Assembly: GCA_964615905.1 (NCBI GenBank)
Contig: CAZTUB010000007.1
Coordinates: 259,043-323,042, forward strand
DNA: 64,000 bases
Direction of reading: 5' to 3'
Source of the DNA: an uncultured Clostridia bacterium
GTDB lineage: Bacteria > Acidobacteriota > Blastocatellia > UBA7656
Positions 1-8,744 of the stretch are shown in pieces (position 1 is the first letter of the stretch; each line of letters begins with the position of its first letter). The notes under the pieces are model-generated. The model was not told the DNA's origin. It saw only the letters and a list, made by a program, of their open reading frames with translations, and did not search any database. The position numbers and the translations under genes were made by a program.

Positions 1-3000
1 GAGGGCGAAGTAGAAGCCGCCCTTGATAGTTAGATTATCGCTGACCTGCCAGTTTGCTCCGACCAGCGGTACGGACGGGTAGCCCGCCGGTTTTTTAAAG
101 TACGGACTGTAGCCGCCGAGCGAGACCACGAAATCACCTGCATGGACCTCATCCTTCTCTATTGCTTTGAACCAGGTATACAGCGCAAAGCCTCCGGTGA
201 GGTGGCATGCCTCGGAGAGAATGTACGATCCCGGGGTCAGTTGCGCGGCGACTTTGAGCACACCATCGTCCGGTGCGTACGTCACCTCAAGCGCCAGTTG
301 CGCGAAACCGATCGGCTTGGGCGCCAATGGCGGCATCGTGAGGCTGGAAAGACCTAACAGCGCGATCTCAAAACGGTTGCCGAAGGAGACGGTCAACAGG
401 GCGAACGACTCCAGAATCTTGAACGACGTGAACTTGATACCCGCCGCCAGCCAGTTCTGACCGAGCGCAGGATAGACCCAATCGTTTATGACTCCCATCG
501 CCTGCGCCGGATCGGTAGCTTTCTCCCCGCTAAACGGGCTTGGGTTGGTTGGGGTGGGCATGGCCGCAGCGACCAACGGGAACGCAGGCAACTGATCCAG
601 TGTCGGAATCGTCAGGCTCCGGTTGTAGCCAAAGCCTGCCGCGATGCCGGTCACAACGAAGAAAGCGGGGCCGCCCAACGTGGCGTTCAGCACACCAAAC
701 AGGAACAGCGATTTGGATCCTTCCGGCGACTTGAACTCCGCGAATGAACCGATCGCCGAAAGGCCAAAGCCCTCCGCCTGGATCAGCAGTTCGCCGTTAT
801 ATTCGTACTTCAGGGGCGAGGCTGAAGGCTGATAGACGTTCAGGAAGCCACCGCTGATTTCGAGGGGGCCGCTCTGGTAGGTGAGCGACATACCACGTAG
901 ATTCGGAGTGATGTGGTTGAGCGGGTCTTTGAGCGGGAATTTAAGGCCCAATCCATCCATCTCCAGGGTCAAGCCGGACAGGACCAGGGCGGCATCCAAC
1001 ATCAACACAATGTTCGGGCTGGCATACCCGATACCGATGCGCTTGATATTGACAGGGCCAAAGCTCCGCTGAATGTCGAGCCACGCCTCCGGCGGCGGCC
1101 CGGCGGCAGGCGGCGCAACGCCGAGCGAGCGGGGTTGCTCCCTGGGGGCCTGTTTGCTCGCTCCTGTGAGTTGAAACGTAAGCGGCGGCTGGACCTTCTC
1201 TCCGATGAAGAACGTTATGCCCAACTGAGCGCCTTTCGCCAGCCCGTCGGGTAATTTACTATTATTAGCGAACTTCCCGATAATGGGTTTAAGTTGCTCG
1301 ATCTCTTGGACCCCAAATTTCTCCGATGCGAGGATGATCTGCAAGTCTTTGACGCCGAGCGCGGGTTGCTTCAGCAGATGGTCGCCGATGAGGGGGAGAT
1401 GGGAAAGATCGAGGTTAGGCTGTACGTCGAGTTCCAATAGGTAGATGCGTTTCGTGTATGTGCTGGGCGGCTTGGGGAGAAACGACGCAAACAAGATTTG
1501 GCCGTAATTCTTCGAGGCCGCGCTAAACACCAACGTACCTCCATCGAAGTCGTAGTAGAACCCGGCGGCAGTGAGCGACAGGTCGAGATTCTCCGGCAAG
1601 TGCGGCATGTCGGTGTAGCCGAACCACTCCGCGATGTGCTCGAACGTGAGCGGTTGATCCGTGTCGGTCCACGTGAACAGCAGACTATTTCCCGTGGGGG
1701 CCGCCGTGAAATCGACTTCGAAGGTCGACGGCCCGATGCTGAGGTAACCGGTGAAGACGGTGGTGGCCGCCTGCGGGTGTTGGGCATCATCGTGCGTGCG
1801 GCCAAGATCGATGCCGATGTCCACGGTGGTACCCAGCATCGAAACCCGGCCTTCGCACGAGAAGCCGAAGTCCATGTTGCCGGTCTGGAGCATCATCTGC
1901 AGGCCGGTGATGCTGACCTGCGGTGCGTGCGCGGGAAGGCTAAGGCCAAACAGCTTAAGCACGTCGTTGATGAGATCGGTGAGCGAGATGTCCTGCGGTC
2001 CCAGCGTGCCACCGCTGAAAGACCAGCCCTGCTGCGCGCCCTCGTAATCCGCCGAGATTTGCACGGCGATGCCGGCCACGATCAACTGGGCCACCACCTG
2101 TCCCCTAGTCGAGGCACCCGTCCCGGCCTGGTGGGTGATGTCGAAGCCGATAGAACTGAGGGCGAACTTCGTGCCAAGAACATCGAAACTCCAATTATCC
2201 CGCACCGTCGCCTGGAAGCGATAAAGGTTTTGGCTCGCGTTGCCGAGCACACGCAGCTGCGTGCACTGGAGTTTGAAGTTCGGAGTGTGCTGTGTGAATG
2301 CACCCCCGGTGATGCTATCGAGGATCTGCGTTAGATCAATCGGGTTATTAGTCCCATCCAGCAGCTCACAGCAGAACGAGAGGTCGGGCAGGGCAATCCA
2401 CGCGTCAAGTTCGCCCCCGGCCAATCTCGCCTTACAGTCTACGACCGTTTCCAGCGATGGCTCGGAAAATGGGCCGTGGGCAGCGAAGGTGACAAAGAGC
2501 CCCTCGAAAGCCAGCAGTTCGCCGAATGGCTTCCAGGCGCCGCCGGGTGGCGTGTAGCTGACCGTTGCCGCAGCGCTTATCAGCGCTCTCTTGTGTGGCT
2601 GCACCGTAAGGACAATGGTTTCCAGCGACAAACCCTTCAAGGCAGGGAACTGGGGGGACTCCTGGCTGCTTAAGCTGTCCACGCCCATCAACTTCGCCAG
2701 TTCCGTCAAGCCAAAGCTGCTCGCCTGGCGAAAGTTGCCGACCGCATTCACTTGCCCGGGCGGGTCGGAGTATAACTGCACATAGAAAGGAACTGTGATG
2801 CCCGGGCCGCCTGTCGGCAAGCCCAGATCTCCTTCGATAAGGCCCAGGGGGATGACGACGACGGTGGCGGGATTGTCGCGGCTCGCAGGCACCTCCAACA
2901 AGACGGAGACGAAATGGAACTTGACCGGGAGGGTGAACTTTTCCAGGCTCAACGACGCCAACGGCGCGGAAGCCAGGTCCATGGCTGGCAGGTGTCCGTC

Positions 3001-3603
3001 CCATTCGATCGGGCCTTGCACCTGCACTTTCTTGCCGCCTAACAGCCATACGAGGTCGCTCTCCTTGCCCTTATATTCCAGGTCGGCCTGAAAGGCCATG
3101 CCCCGCTGGAGTCGATTCGAGATGGAAACAGAGGGGGCGGGAAGCCCATACTCGGTCGGGAATGCGGGGGGCAGTTGGGCCGGGTTTGACGTGTCGAACT
3201 TGAAAGCCGCATTCGACCACCGGAACGCTGCCGCCAGTGACTCGTCCCACCCCGTCAACGCCTCTGGCAGACCCCAGTTGTCGATCTTGTCAGGCGGGGG
3301 CTGTAGGGTCATCTTCAACTGAACCGCCTTCTGAGCATCCAGGCTGAACACCGCCGTTACGTGGAATCCACTCAAAAAACCGTAAGCAGTCTGGAGCGGG
3401 CTCGTCAGCATGCCGCTCGCTGAAGGCGTGTTGCTGTCGAAGGCTACGCTCGCGTTGCTCAAATCAAGTTGCGCTTTCTGAAACAAATGACCAAACAGGG
3501 TGTGGATCGCTGTGGGCGGCATTGCAAAGACGCTCGCATCGAGGCTGAACGATGTCCCTGACAGCGCGTTTCGAATCGCGTTTTGGAGGGTTTGTAGATC
3601 CAT
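1..3603 (-). CDS. Large hypothetical protein, >1200 aa, C-terminus runs off the left edge of the window
   Basis: Hand translation of the minus-strand frame starting at ATG 3603 (MDLQTLQNAIRNALSGTSFSL...) runs to position 1 with no stop; segments around 3540, 2460, 1860, 1260, 660 and 60 were spot-checked. It is absent from the ORF track because no stop lies inside the window. Gly/Leu-rich, with no motif I recognise. It starts 8 nt after the stop of the upstream EEP gene, so the two are likely one operon. Confidence 0.6.
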   Translation of the reverse strand, partial: MDLQTLQNAIRNALSGTSFSLDASVFAMPPTAIHTLFGHLFQKAQLDLSNASVAFDSNTPSASGMLTSPLQTAYGFLSGFHVTAVFSLDAQKAVQLKMTLQPPPDKIDNWGLPEALTGWDESLAAAFRWSNAAFKFDTSNPAQLPPAFPTEYGLPAPSVSISNRLQRGMAFQADLEYKGKESDLVWLLGGKKVQVQGPIEWDGHLPAMDLASAPLASLSLEKFTLPVKFHFVSVLLEVPASRDNPATVVVIPLGLIEGDLGLPTGGPGITVPFYVQLYSDPPGQVNAVGNFRQASSFGLTELAKLMGVDSLSSQESPQFPALKGLSLETIVLTVQPHKRALISAAATVSYTPPGGAWKPFGELLAFEGLFVTFAAHGPFSEPSLETVVDCKARLAGGELDAWIALPDLSFCCELLDGTNNPIDLTQILDSITGGAFTQHTPNFKLQCTQLRVLGNASQNLYRFQATVRDNWSFDVLGTKFALSSIGFDITHQAGTGASTRGQVVAQLIVAGIAVQISADYEGAQQGWSFSGGTLGPQDISLTDLINDVLKLFGLSLPAHAPQVSITGLQMMLQTGNMDFGFSCEGRVSMLGTTVDIGIDLGRTHDDAQHPQAATTVFTGYLSIGPSTFEVDFTAAPTGNSLLFTWTDTDQPLTFEHIAEWFGYTDMPHLPENLDLSLTAAGFYYDFDGGTLVFSAASKNYGQILFASFLPKPPSTYTKRIYLLELDVQPNLDLSHLPLIGDHLLKQPALGVKDLQIILASEKFGVQEIEQLKPIIGKFANNSKLPDGLAKGAQLGITFFIGEKVQPPLTFQLTGASKQAPREQPRSLGVAPPAAGPPPEAWLDIQRSFGPVNIKRIGIGYASPNIVLMLDAALVLSGLTLEMDGLGLKFPLKDPLNHITPNLRGMSLTYQSGPLEISGGFLNVYQPSASPLKYEYNGELLIQAEGFGLSAIGSFAEFKSPEGSKSLFLFGVLNATLGGPAFFVVTGIAAGFGYNRSLTIPTLDQLPAFPLVAAAMPTPTNPSPFSGEKATDPAQAMGVINDWVYPALGQNWLAAGIKFTSFKILESFALLTVSFGNRFEIALLGLSSLTMPPLAPKPIGFAQLALEVTYAPDDGVLKVAAQLTPGSYILSEACHLTGGFALYTWFKAIEKDEVHAGDFVVSLGGYSPYFKKPAGYPSVPLVGANWQVSDNLTIKGGFYFAL

Positions 3604-3613
3604 GATCGAATCC

Positions 3614-5113
3614 TCAGGGCAGATTGAATTGAACCAGGATCGGCAAGTGATCGCTGATGAAACGGGCGCCGATGAGCCGATCGTTCCGCGTCAATGCGCC
3701 CCCTCCAGGCCCCAGGTTAAACGTTTGGTGGGCGTTGTGGGTACCGATGGCCAAATAATGAGCCCATGCGGCCGAGACATTGAAGTTTGCGTTGCCAGCA
3801 GCACCCCTAACGATTTGCGCAGGCACGTCGTGCACGAAACAGGCATCCAAGCCGTTAGGATCAAGAGTTTGGAACGTGGCACTCAGCTGCGTGCCGCCAA
3901 AGAAGAAGTTGTCGAAATTGGCACCCCTCAGGGCCAGTGTGTTGGGGGCGTGATGAACTGGATAGTGATGGAGGATGGTACCCGAACTTGTATTCGCCGC
4001 TTTCAGAGCCTGATTGATCAGCAGCAGGTTCGCAGGATTGGCGATCGGTCCTTCATCGAACGGCCCGGGAAACGGGAGGACTCCTGGAACGGGTCCCGCA
4101 GGTCCGGGATTGGCCGCAGGAGCAGCCGAACCTCCATTCGCCGTAGTCGGGGTCAGCGTATTAAGAGCCGTTCGATTGCCTGTCGTGAGACCACTGGCGA
4201 CCAGGGGCGGGCTTTGCTCCGCGAAATCAATGTTGAAGTCGCCCATGACGATCAACTCCTCAATCCGCGTCGCGTTGTTGTTCAAGTCGATGTAGCTGTC
4301 CTGGGGTAGTGCGAGCGGGCCAGGATTGAGGAATTTTTGTGCGATATGGGTGGTTCTGTATTGCTCTACCTGACGTCGAGCCAGTGGATTTGCGCCTGCC
4401 CGGACCGCTCCGAGGTGGCAGGCTAACACTGGCACCACGTAATGAGGAGGTCCGGCTGCGTTAAGTATCTCGAACAGCATCAGGCAGGGCATCCGAAATC
4501 CCAGCCCCTCGGCGTAGCCTCCTACATTTGCCTTCTGACCCGAGAAGCGCGTACGCTTCCTACCGCCTGGGGGGGCTCGCACGTACAAGTCAGTCAACGG
4601 TAGCCTTGGTCGACCGACTACCGGTGCCGGATAGGCGTTCGCCATTGCGGCGAAAGTACCTGGCCAGGTCGAGAACTGGTTCCTGTTCAGGTTAGTCAGG
4701 TAGGCGTTTGGATCGGCGGGGTCCTCAGGGTCGTTTGGATGCAGGATGTGGCCGCTGCCATCGGGGCCACCGGTAACATGTATGGGTCTGACGACGTTGA
4801 GATCCTTGATGAGGACGCCGTAGCATTCGGCTCCAGTCTGGTAGGAAAGCAACCAGCCCGTATAGTCAGTAGCCGCGCCGCCCAGCGCCACGCTAGCGGC
4901 GTTTGCGGCAGCGGCCAACGCCGTCATGGCCCCAACCGCCGTGCCTTGAGAGACTTCCAGGATTATCGCGATGTCTGCTCCCACGGGCGCAACACCGCCT
5001 GGATTGTAAGCCGTGGCGATTACCTTTCCCATGGCGGTCGACAACCCGCCAATGTCAGTCTTGTTTGTGGAAAGCTTCTCGATGTTCCAGTTGAGAATCC
5101 TAATGTTGGGCAT
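3614..5113 (-). CDS. Endonuclease/exonuclease/phosphatase (EEP, DNase I-like fold) family protein with a long Pro/Gly/Ala/Asn-rich insert
   Basis: EEP hallmarks are present: N-terminal 'IRILNWNIEKL', 'MGDFNID' and C-terminal 'SDHLPILVQF' (the SDHxPV motif). A ~190-aa low-complexity G/P/A/N-rich insert sits between the catalytic motifs. The start is probably the internal Met at 5113 (AGAGGT RBS 8 nt upstream) rather than the track start at 5239. Confidence 0.7.
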   Translation of the reverse strand: MPNIRILNWNIEKLSTNKTDIGGLSTAMGKVIATAYNPGGVAPVGADIAIILEVSQGTAVGAMTALAAAANAASVALGGAATDYTGWLLSYQTGAECYGVLIKDLNVVRPIHVTGGPDGSGHILHPNDPEDPADPNAYLTNLNRNQFSTWPGTFAAMANAYPAPVVGRPRLPLTDLYVRAPPGGRKRTRFSGQKANVGGYAEGLGFRMPCLMLFEILNAAGPPHYVVPVLACHLGAVRAGANPLARRQVEQYRTTHIAQKFLNPGPLALPQDSYIDLNNNATRIEELIVMGDFNIDFAEQSPPLVASGLTTGNRTALNTLTPTTANGGSAAPAANPGPAGPVPGVLPFPGPFDEGPIANPANLLLINQALKAANTSSGTILHHYPVHHAPNTLALRGANFDNFFFGGTQLSATFQTLDPNGLDACFVHDVPAQIVRGAAGNANFNVSAAWAHYLAIGTHNAHQTFNLGPGGGALTRNDRLIGARFISDHLPILVQFNLP

Positions 5114-5640
5114 GGCATAGACCTCTATTTCAGGTGAAAGCGGGTAGGCGAGAGATCTTCCAGGAGCAGGGATGCAATGACGGACAGCAATGACAACCGA
5201 CCGAGCATTCGGGTCTTGGCCCAAGCCAACTCCCCTCATTCCTCAATTCGCTCTCACGTACGAACTTCGGCGCCTTGTGGACAAACCATCATCGACCGGT
5301 TTTCGTTTTCATCCAATGCGCCTAGCGCCATCGGTTCGCTTTCATTCAGTAATTCGCGGTATGACTACAACTCGATTTTCGCCCTGTACGCGGCCGGTAG
5401 GCGCTCAGTGTCTTCGGTTACGAAACCGAGCTAGAACCCATAATGATTTTCGTGGGCGGCCATATTCTCACATTATTTTCTTCGATGACAAATTACGCGC
5501 GAACTGGTCTGCATACAGGAGGCTCGCTAACGGCCACGACTATACAATGTAATTAATCTAATAGCAAGATAGCGCATTGGTTATCCAGCTTGAGGAAAGA
5601 AGAATAGGGTGAAGTCGAATAGACCAGTTACAATGAAAAA

Positions 5641-5663
5641 GCGAGAGCGCCCTTTGCTCTCGC
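5641..5663 (-). terminator. Rho-independent terminator for the leftward transcript, downstream of the tRNA-like element
   Basis: Perfect inverted repeat GCGAGAGC/GCTCTCGC with an 8-nt loop; on the minus strand it is followed immediately by TTTTTCATTG. Confidence 0.6.
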
Positions 5664-5682
5664 TAAATGTTAGGATTGAAAG

Positions 5683-5860
5683 TCGGGGCGATTGGATTCG
5701 AACCAACGACCTCTCGGTCCCGAAATAAGGTCATAACTCATCGGTTAAATCTGATGCGGTTCTATCTGATTCCGTTTAATGCGGGTTGCAGCCAGCCTAC
5801 AGATCGGTCTTCTACCATACAATACCAGGCAGTTCCTTTAATTCCGGTCACAAATCGGTC
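5683..5860 (-). ncRNA. tRNA-like 3' fragment (T-arm plus acceptor 3' strand) / candidate small RNA; not a complete tRNA
   Basis: The minus strand reads ...GACCGAGAGGTCGTTGGTTCGAATCCAATCGCCCCGAC (canonical GGTTCGAATCC T-loop, AGGTC variable loop, 7-nt acceptor 3' strand, no encoded CCA). No complementary 5' acceptor strand (YGGGGYG) occurs in the ~180 nt upstream. The element is bracketed by two terminators. Confidence 0.4.
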
Positions 5861-5861
5861 A

Positions 5862-5893
5862 CAAACGAAAAACGGAAGGCCGGTTGACCTTCC
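5862..5893 (-). terminator. Rho-independent terminator immediately downstream of tRNA-Ala
   Basis: Minus strand: CGGAAGG-TCAACCGG-CCTTCCG hairpin followed by TTTTTCGTTTG. Confidence 0.6.
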
Positions 5894-5911
5894 GCTAATC
5901 TTTGAATCTAC

Positions 5912-5987
5912 TGGTGGAGCTGAGGGGATTCGAACCCCTGGCCTCGTGAATGCGAGCCACGCGCTCTGCCAACTGAGCTACAGCCCC
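5912..5987 (-). tRNA. tRNA-Ala (anticodon CGC)
   Basis: Reverse complement GGGGCTGTAGCTCAGTTGGCAGAGCGCGTGGCTCGCATTCACGAGGCCAGGGGTTCGAATCCCCTCAGCTCCACCA folds as a cloverleaf: 7-bp acceptor with the G3:U70 Ala identity pair, D-stem GCTC/GAGC, anticodon stem CGTGG/TCACG, loop CTCGCAT (anticodon CGC), T-arm AGGGG-TTCGAAT-CCCCT, and an encoded CCA. Confidence 0.9.
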
Positions 5988-6005
5988 ACTTCAAATGAAA
6001 AACAA

Positions 6006-6034
6006 ATGTTACGGGACGCTCCTGTGCCTGTCAA
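6006..6034 (-). promoter_or_regulatory. Sigma70-type promoter for tRNA-Ala
   Basis: Minus strand: TTGACA (-35; 6029-6034), 17-nt spacer, TAACAT (-10; 6006-6011), lying ~18 nt upstream of the tRNA 5' end. Confidence 0.55.
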
Positions 6035-6419
6035 GCGTTGCGGCCCGCTTTCCCTCGACCGACTCAACCGCTCTCTTTTTCGCCCCTTGAATCGAGAATT
6101 AACACCGTTGTAATGATCAGCCCGTTGTTCTGCTCACCGTTTTTTGCTATCGTTTATAATTCTATGTTGAGCATGTTTTGCGACAATCAAATGCTCCAGC
6201 AAACTTTCGCTGAAAGCGAAGAGTTGCAGCTTGACAGGTGAGAGAAGAGAGACTGGTTGCAGGAAGGCTGCGGTTTCAGGCTACCGGATGCTTTGGTCCC
6301 TACATCCAATTAACAGCTTGACTGGCGCGCGTGGGCGGGAGCATTCGAGCTTCGTGGAGCGGACGCGCGCGACAGATTTATCGTAGGGAAGTGTGACAAA
6401 AGAACGAGAGGAATTTACG

Positions 6420-8489
6420 ATGAGTGCTAATGCAATCACCCAACTACCGTACAAACCACTGGCTGACGGGCCGGGAACGGTTGAGATTGAGAAGCAGCTT
6501 GAGTGGTACAAGCTGATACACCTTGGCAGACTGCTTGACGACAAGGCCAGGAATTATCTAAGGCAAGCCAAGGGATGGTCTTATCACGCCTCGCATGCGG
6601 GCCACGACGGCATACAGGTAGCGCTTGGCCTCGCCTTCAGACCTAATAAAGATTTCATGTTCCCTTACTACCGCGACATGCTGACTTCGATAGCGGCCGG
6701 AATCACGCCCTACGAAATCATCCTCAACGGGCTGTCGAAGGCCGAAGACGTAGCCTCGGGCGGGCGGCACATGAGCAATCACTTTGCGAAGATCTCGATA
6801 GGGATATGGAACGTATCTTCGGCTACGGGCAATCACACTCAGCACGCGGCGGGGCTTGCTCGCGCGGTCAAGTATTACGACGCCGACTCGATTGTCTTTT
6901 CGAGCCAGGGCGAGTCTTCTTGCTCGGAGGGGTATGTATTTGAGGCGCTCAACGGAGCCAGCCGCGAGCAGCTTCCTGTTATCTTTGTCGTGCAGAACAA
7001 CGGTTACGGCATCTCTGTCCCGGTCAATGAGCAGACGGCCAACCCTATAGTTTCTGAAAACTACCGGGGCCTGCGCGGGTTGACCATCATAAACTGCGAC
7101 GGGACGAACCCGTTTGACGCAGTTAAGGCCATGCGCAAGGCGACTGACCATATCCACGCAGGAAGCGGGCCTGTGCTCGTCCACGCCTTCTGCGAGAGGA
7201 TCAACGCGCATTCAAACTCTGACCGCCACGAGCTTTATCGGAGCGAGGAAGAGTTGAACGAAGTCCGCACATACGACCCGTACGAGCGGCTGAGGCTGCA
7301 TCTTCTGAGCGTCGAAGGCGTCCAGGAGGTCACTCTCCTTGCGATTGAGGAAGAGAACAAGGCCGCCGTTGCCGAAGCCTCCGAGCGAGCCGAGGGTTCA
7401 CCCGACCCGGACCCGAAGACCGCGACGTTGTTCGTTTTTCCCGAAGAGTCCGAGGTTGCTCCCGAATCGTTGAAGCCTGCCGAAACGGGGAAGGTGCTCA
7501 CCCTGCGCGAGGCGATAAACGATACGCTGAAGCAGGAGTTCCGCCGCAACCCGAACACATTCCTGTGGGGACAGGACGTAGCCTCGAAAGAGAAGGGCGG
7601 CGTCTTTAACGTCACCAAAGGCATGCAGCAGGAGTTTGGACCGAGCCGCGTCTTTAACGCTCCGATTGCCGAGAACTACATAGTCGGGACCGCGAACGGG
7701 TTCTCAAGATTCCGAGACGATATTCGCGTGGTGATCGAGGCGGCGCAGTTTGCCGATTACGTCTGGCCCGCAATGGAGCAGATCGTCGATACGTCTCACG
7801 ACTTCTACCGGTCGAACGGTCAATTCGCTCCGAATATGGTCTGCCGCCTATCACACGGCGGCTACATCGCGGGCGGACTATATCATTCGCAGAGCGTGGA
7901 AGGGCTCTTCAGCACCCTGCCCGGTCTGCGCATCGTGATGCCCGCGTTCGCAGACGACGCGATGGGTCTGCTTCGTCACGCGATCCGAAGCCGTGGCGTG
8001 ACGATATACCTTGAGCCGAAGTACCTTTACAACCAGGTCTTCGCGAAGGCTGCCGACCCTGGCGAGAATTACGAGATACCGTTTGGTAAAGCGCGCGTTC
8101 GCCGCGAAGGCTCGGACCTGACAATCGTCTCTTACGGGACGCCTGTCCACTGGTGCCTGCGCGCGGCCACACAGTTGCTCGATGAGCAGGCGATCAATGC
8201 AGAAGTGATTGATTTAAGATCGCTTGTCCCGCTCGATATGGAGACAGTTCTGGCTTCTGTTCGAAAGACATCGAAGGCGCTTGTCGTACACGAGGACAAG
8301 GTCTTTAGCGGGCTTGGCGCAGAGATCGCTTCGCAGATTCAGGAGGAGTGCTTTAGCGAGCTCGACGGCCCTGTGCTGCGTGTCGGCAGCCCCTTCAGCC
8401 CCGTCCCTTTCTCCAAGATTCTGGAGCGTGCGATACTCCCGCAGGTGGAAGACATTGTAGAAAAGGCGCTGAAGCTGGCGCGTTACTAG
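6420..8489 (+). CDS. 2-oxoacid (pyruvate/branched-chain) dehydrogenase E1 component, fused alpha/beta subunit, TPP-dependent
   Basis: The N-terminal half has E1-alpha TPP-binding features (VVQNNGYGISVP); the C-terminal half is E1-beta transketolase-like (transketolase pyrimidine/C-terminal domains). The start at Met10 of the track ORF has a GAGAGGA RBS. Confidence 0.85.
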   Translation: MSANAITQLPYKPLADGPGTVEIEKQLEWYKLIHLGRLLDDKARNYLRQAKGWSYHASHAGHDGIQVALGLAFRPNKDFMFPYYRDMLTSIAAGITPYEIILNGLSKAEDVASGGRHMSNHFAKISIGIWNVSSATGNHTQHAAGLARAVKYYDADSIVFSSQGESSCSEGYVFEALNGASREQLPVIFVVQNNGYGISVPVNEQTANPIVSENYRGLRGLTIINCDGTNPFDAVKAMRKATDHIHAGSGPVLVHAFCERINAHSNSDRHELYRSEEELNEVRTYDPYERLRLHLLSVEGVQEVTLLAIEEENKAAVAEASERAEGSPDPDPKTATLFVFPEESEVAPESLKPAETGKVLTLREAINDTLKQEFRRNPNTFLWGQDVASKEKGGVFNVTKGMQQEFGPSRVFNAPIAENYIVGTANGFSRFRDDIRVVIEAAQFADYVWPAMEQIVDTSHDFYRSNGQFAPNMVCRLSHGGYIAGGLYHSQSVEGLFSTLPGLRIVMPAFADDAMGLLRHAIRSRGVTIYLEPKYLYNQVFAKAADPGENYEIPFGKARVRREGSDLTIVSYGTPVHWCLRAATQLLDEQAINAEVIDLRSLVPLDMETVLASVRKTSKALVVHEDKVFSGLGAEIASQIQEECFSELDGPVLRVGSPFSPVPFSKILERAILPQVEDIVEKALKLARY

Positions 8490-8508
8490 CCGTTAATGAA
8501 CGATTTAC

Positions 8509-8553
8509 CGGCGGGCGGGAAGGCGAATTGCCTCTCCGCCCGCTCGCTTTTTG
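8509..8553 (+). terminator. Rho-independent terminator after the E1 gene
   Basis: GC-rich hairpin CGGCGGGCGGGAAGG...CCTCTCCGCCCGC followed by TCGCTTTTTGC. Confidence 0.6.
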
Positions 8554-8744
8554 CTCGCAGTTTTTCTCCCCAGATTCAACTTTCGGGTTTACGCGCCGCC
8601 AAATTCGAGTAATAATAACCGCGCCTTCCTCAAAAACCCCCGAACACGGTTTGTATTGTCGCCCGCAGGAGTCTATAAAATCGGATCGTGGTATATTGAT
8701 TGCAATTCAAATTGCATTAAATAAAGGGTGAGGGTAGCTGTACG

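Noticed and set aside
1498-2334. 278-aa + strand ORF (also 3500..4309 +, 913..1254 +, 2432..3049 -)
   Set aside because: Arg/Gly-rich antisense or off-frame artefacts typical of high-GC DNA; they lie inside the long, verified minus-strand ORF 1..3603.
5683-5760. tmRNA (ssrA) hypothesis for the tRNA-like fragment
   Set aside because: The + strand GGGGCGATTGGATTCGAAC resembles a tmRNA 5' end, but a + strand tmRNA would run through the minus-strand tRNA-Ala. No matching 3' T-arm/acceptor or ANDENYALAA-type tag reading frame was found, and the terminators are oriented for the minus strand.
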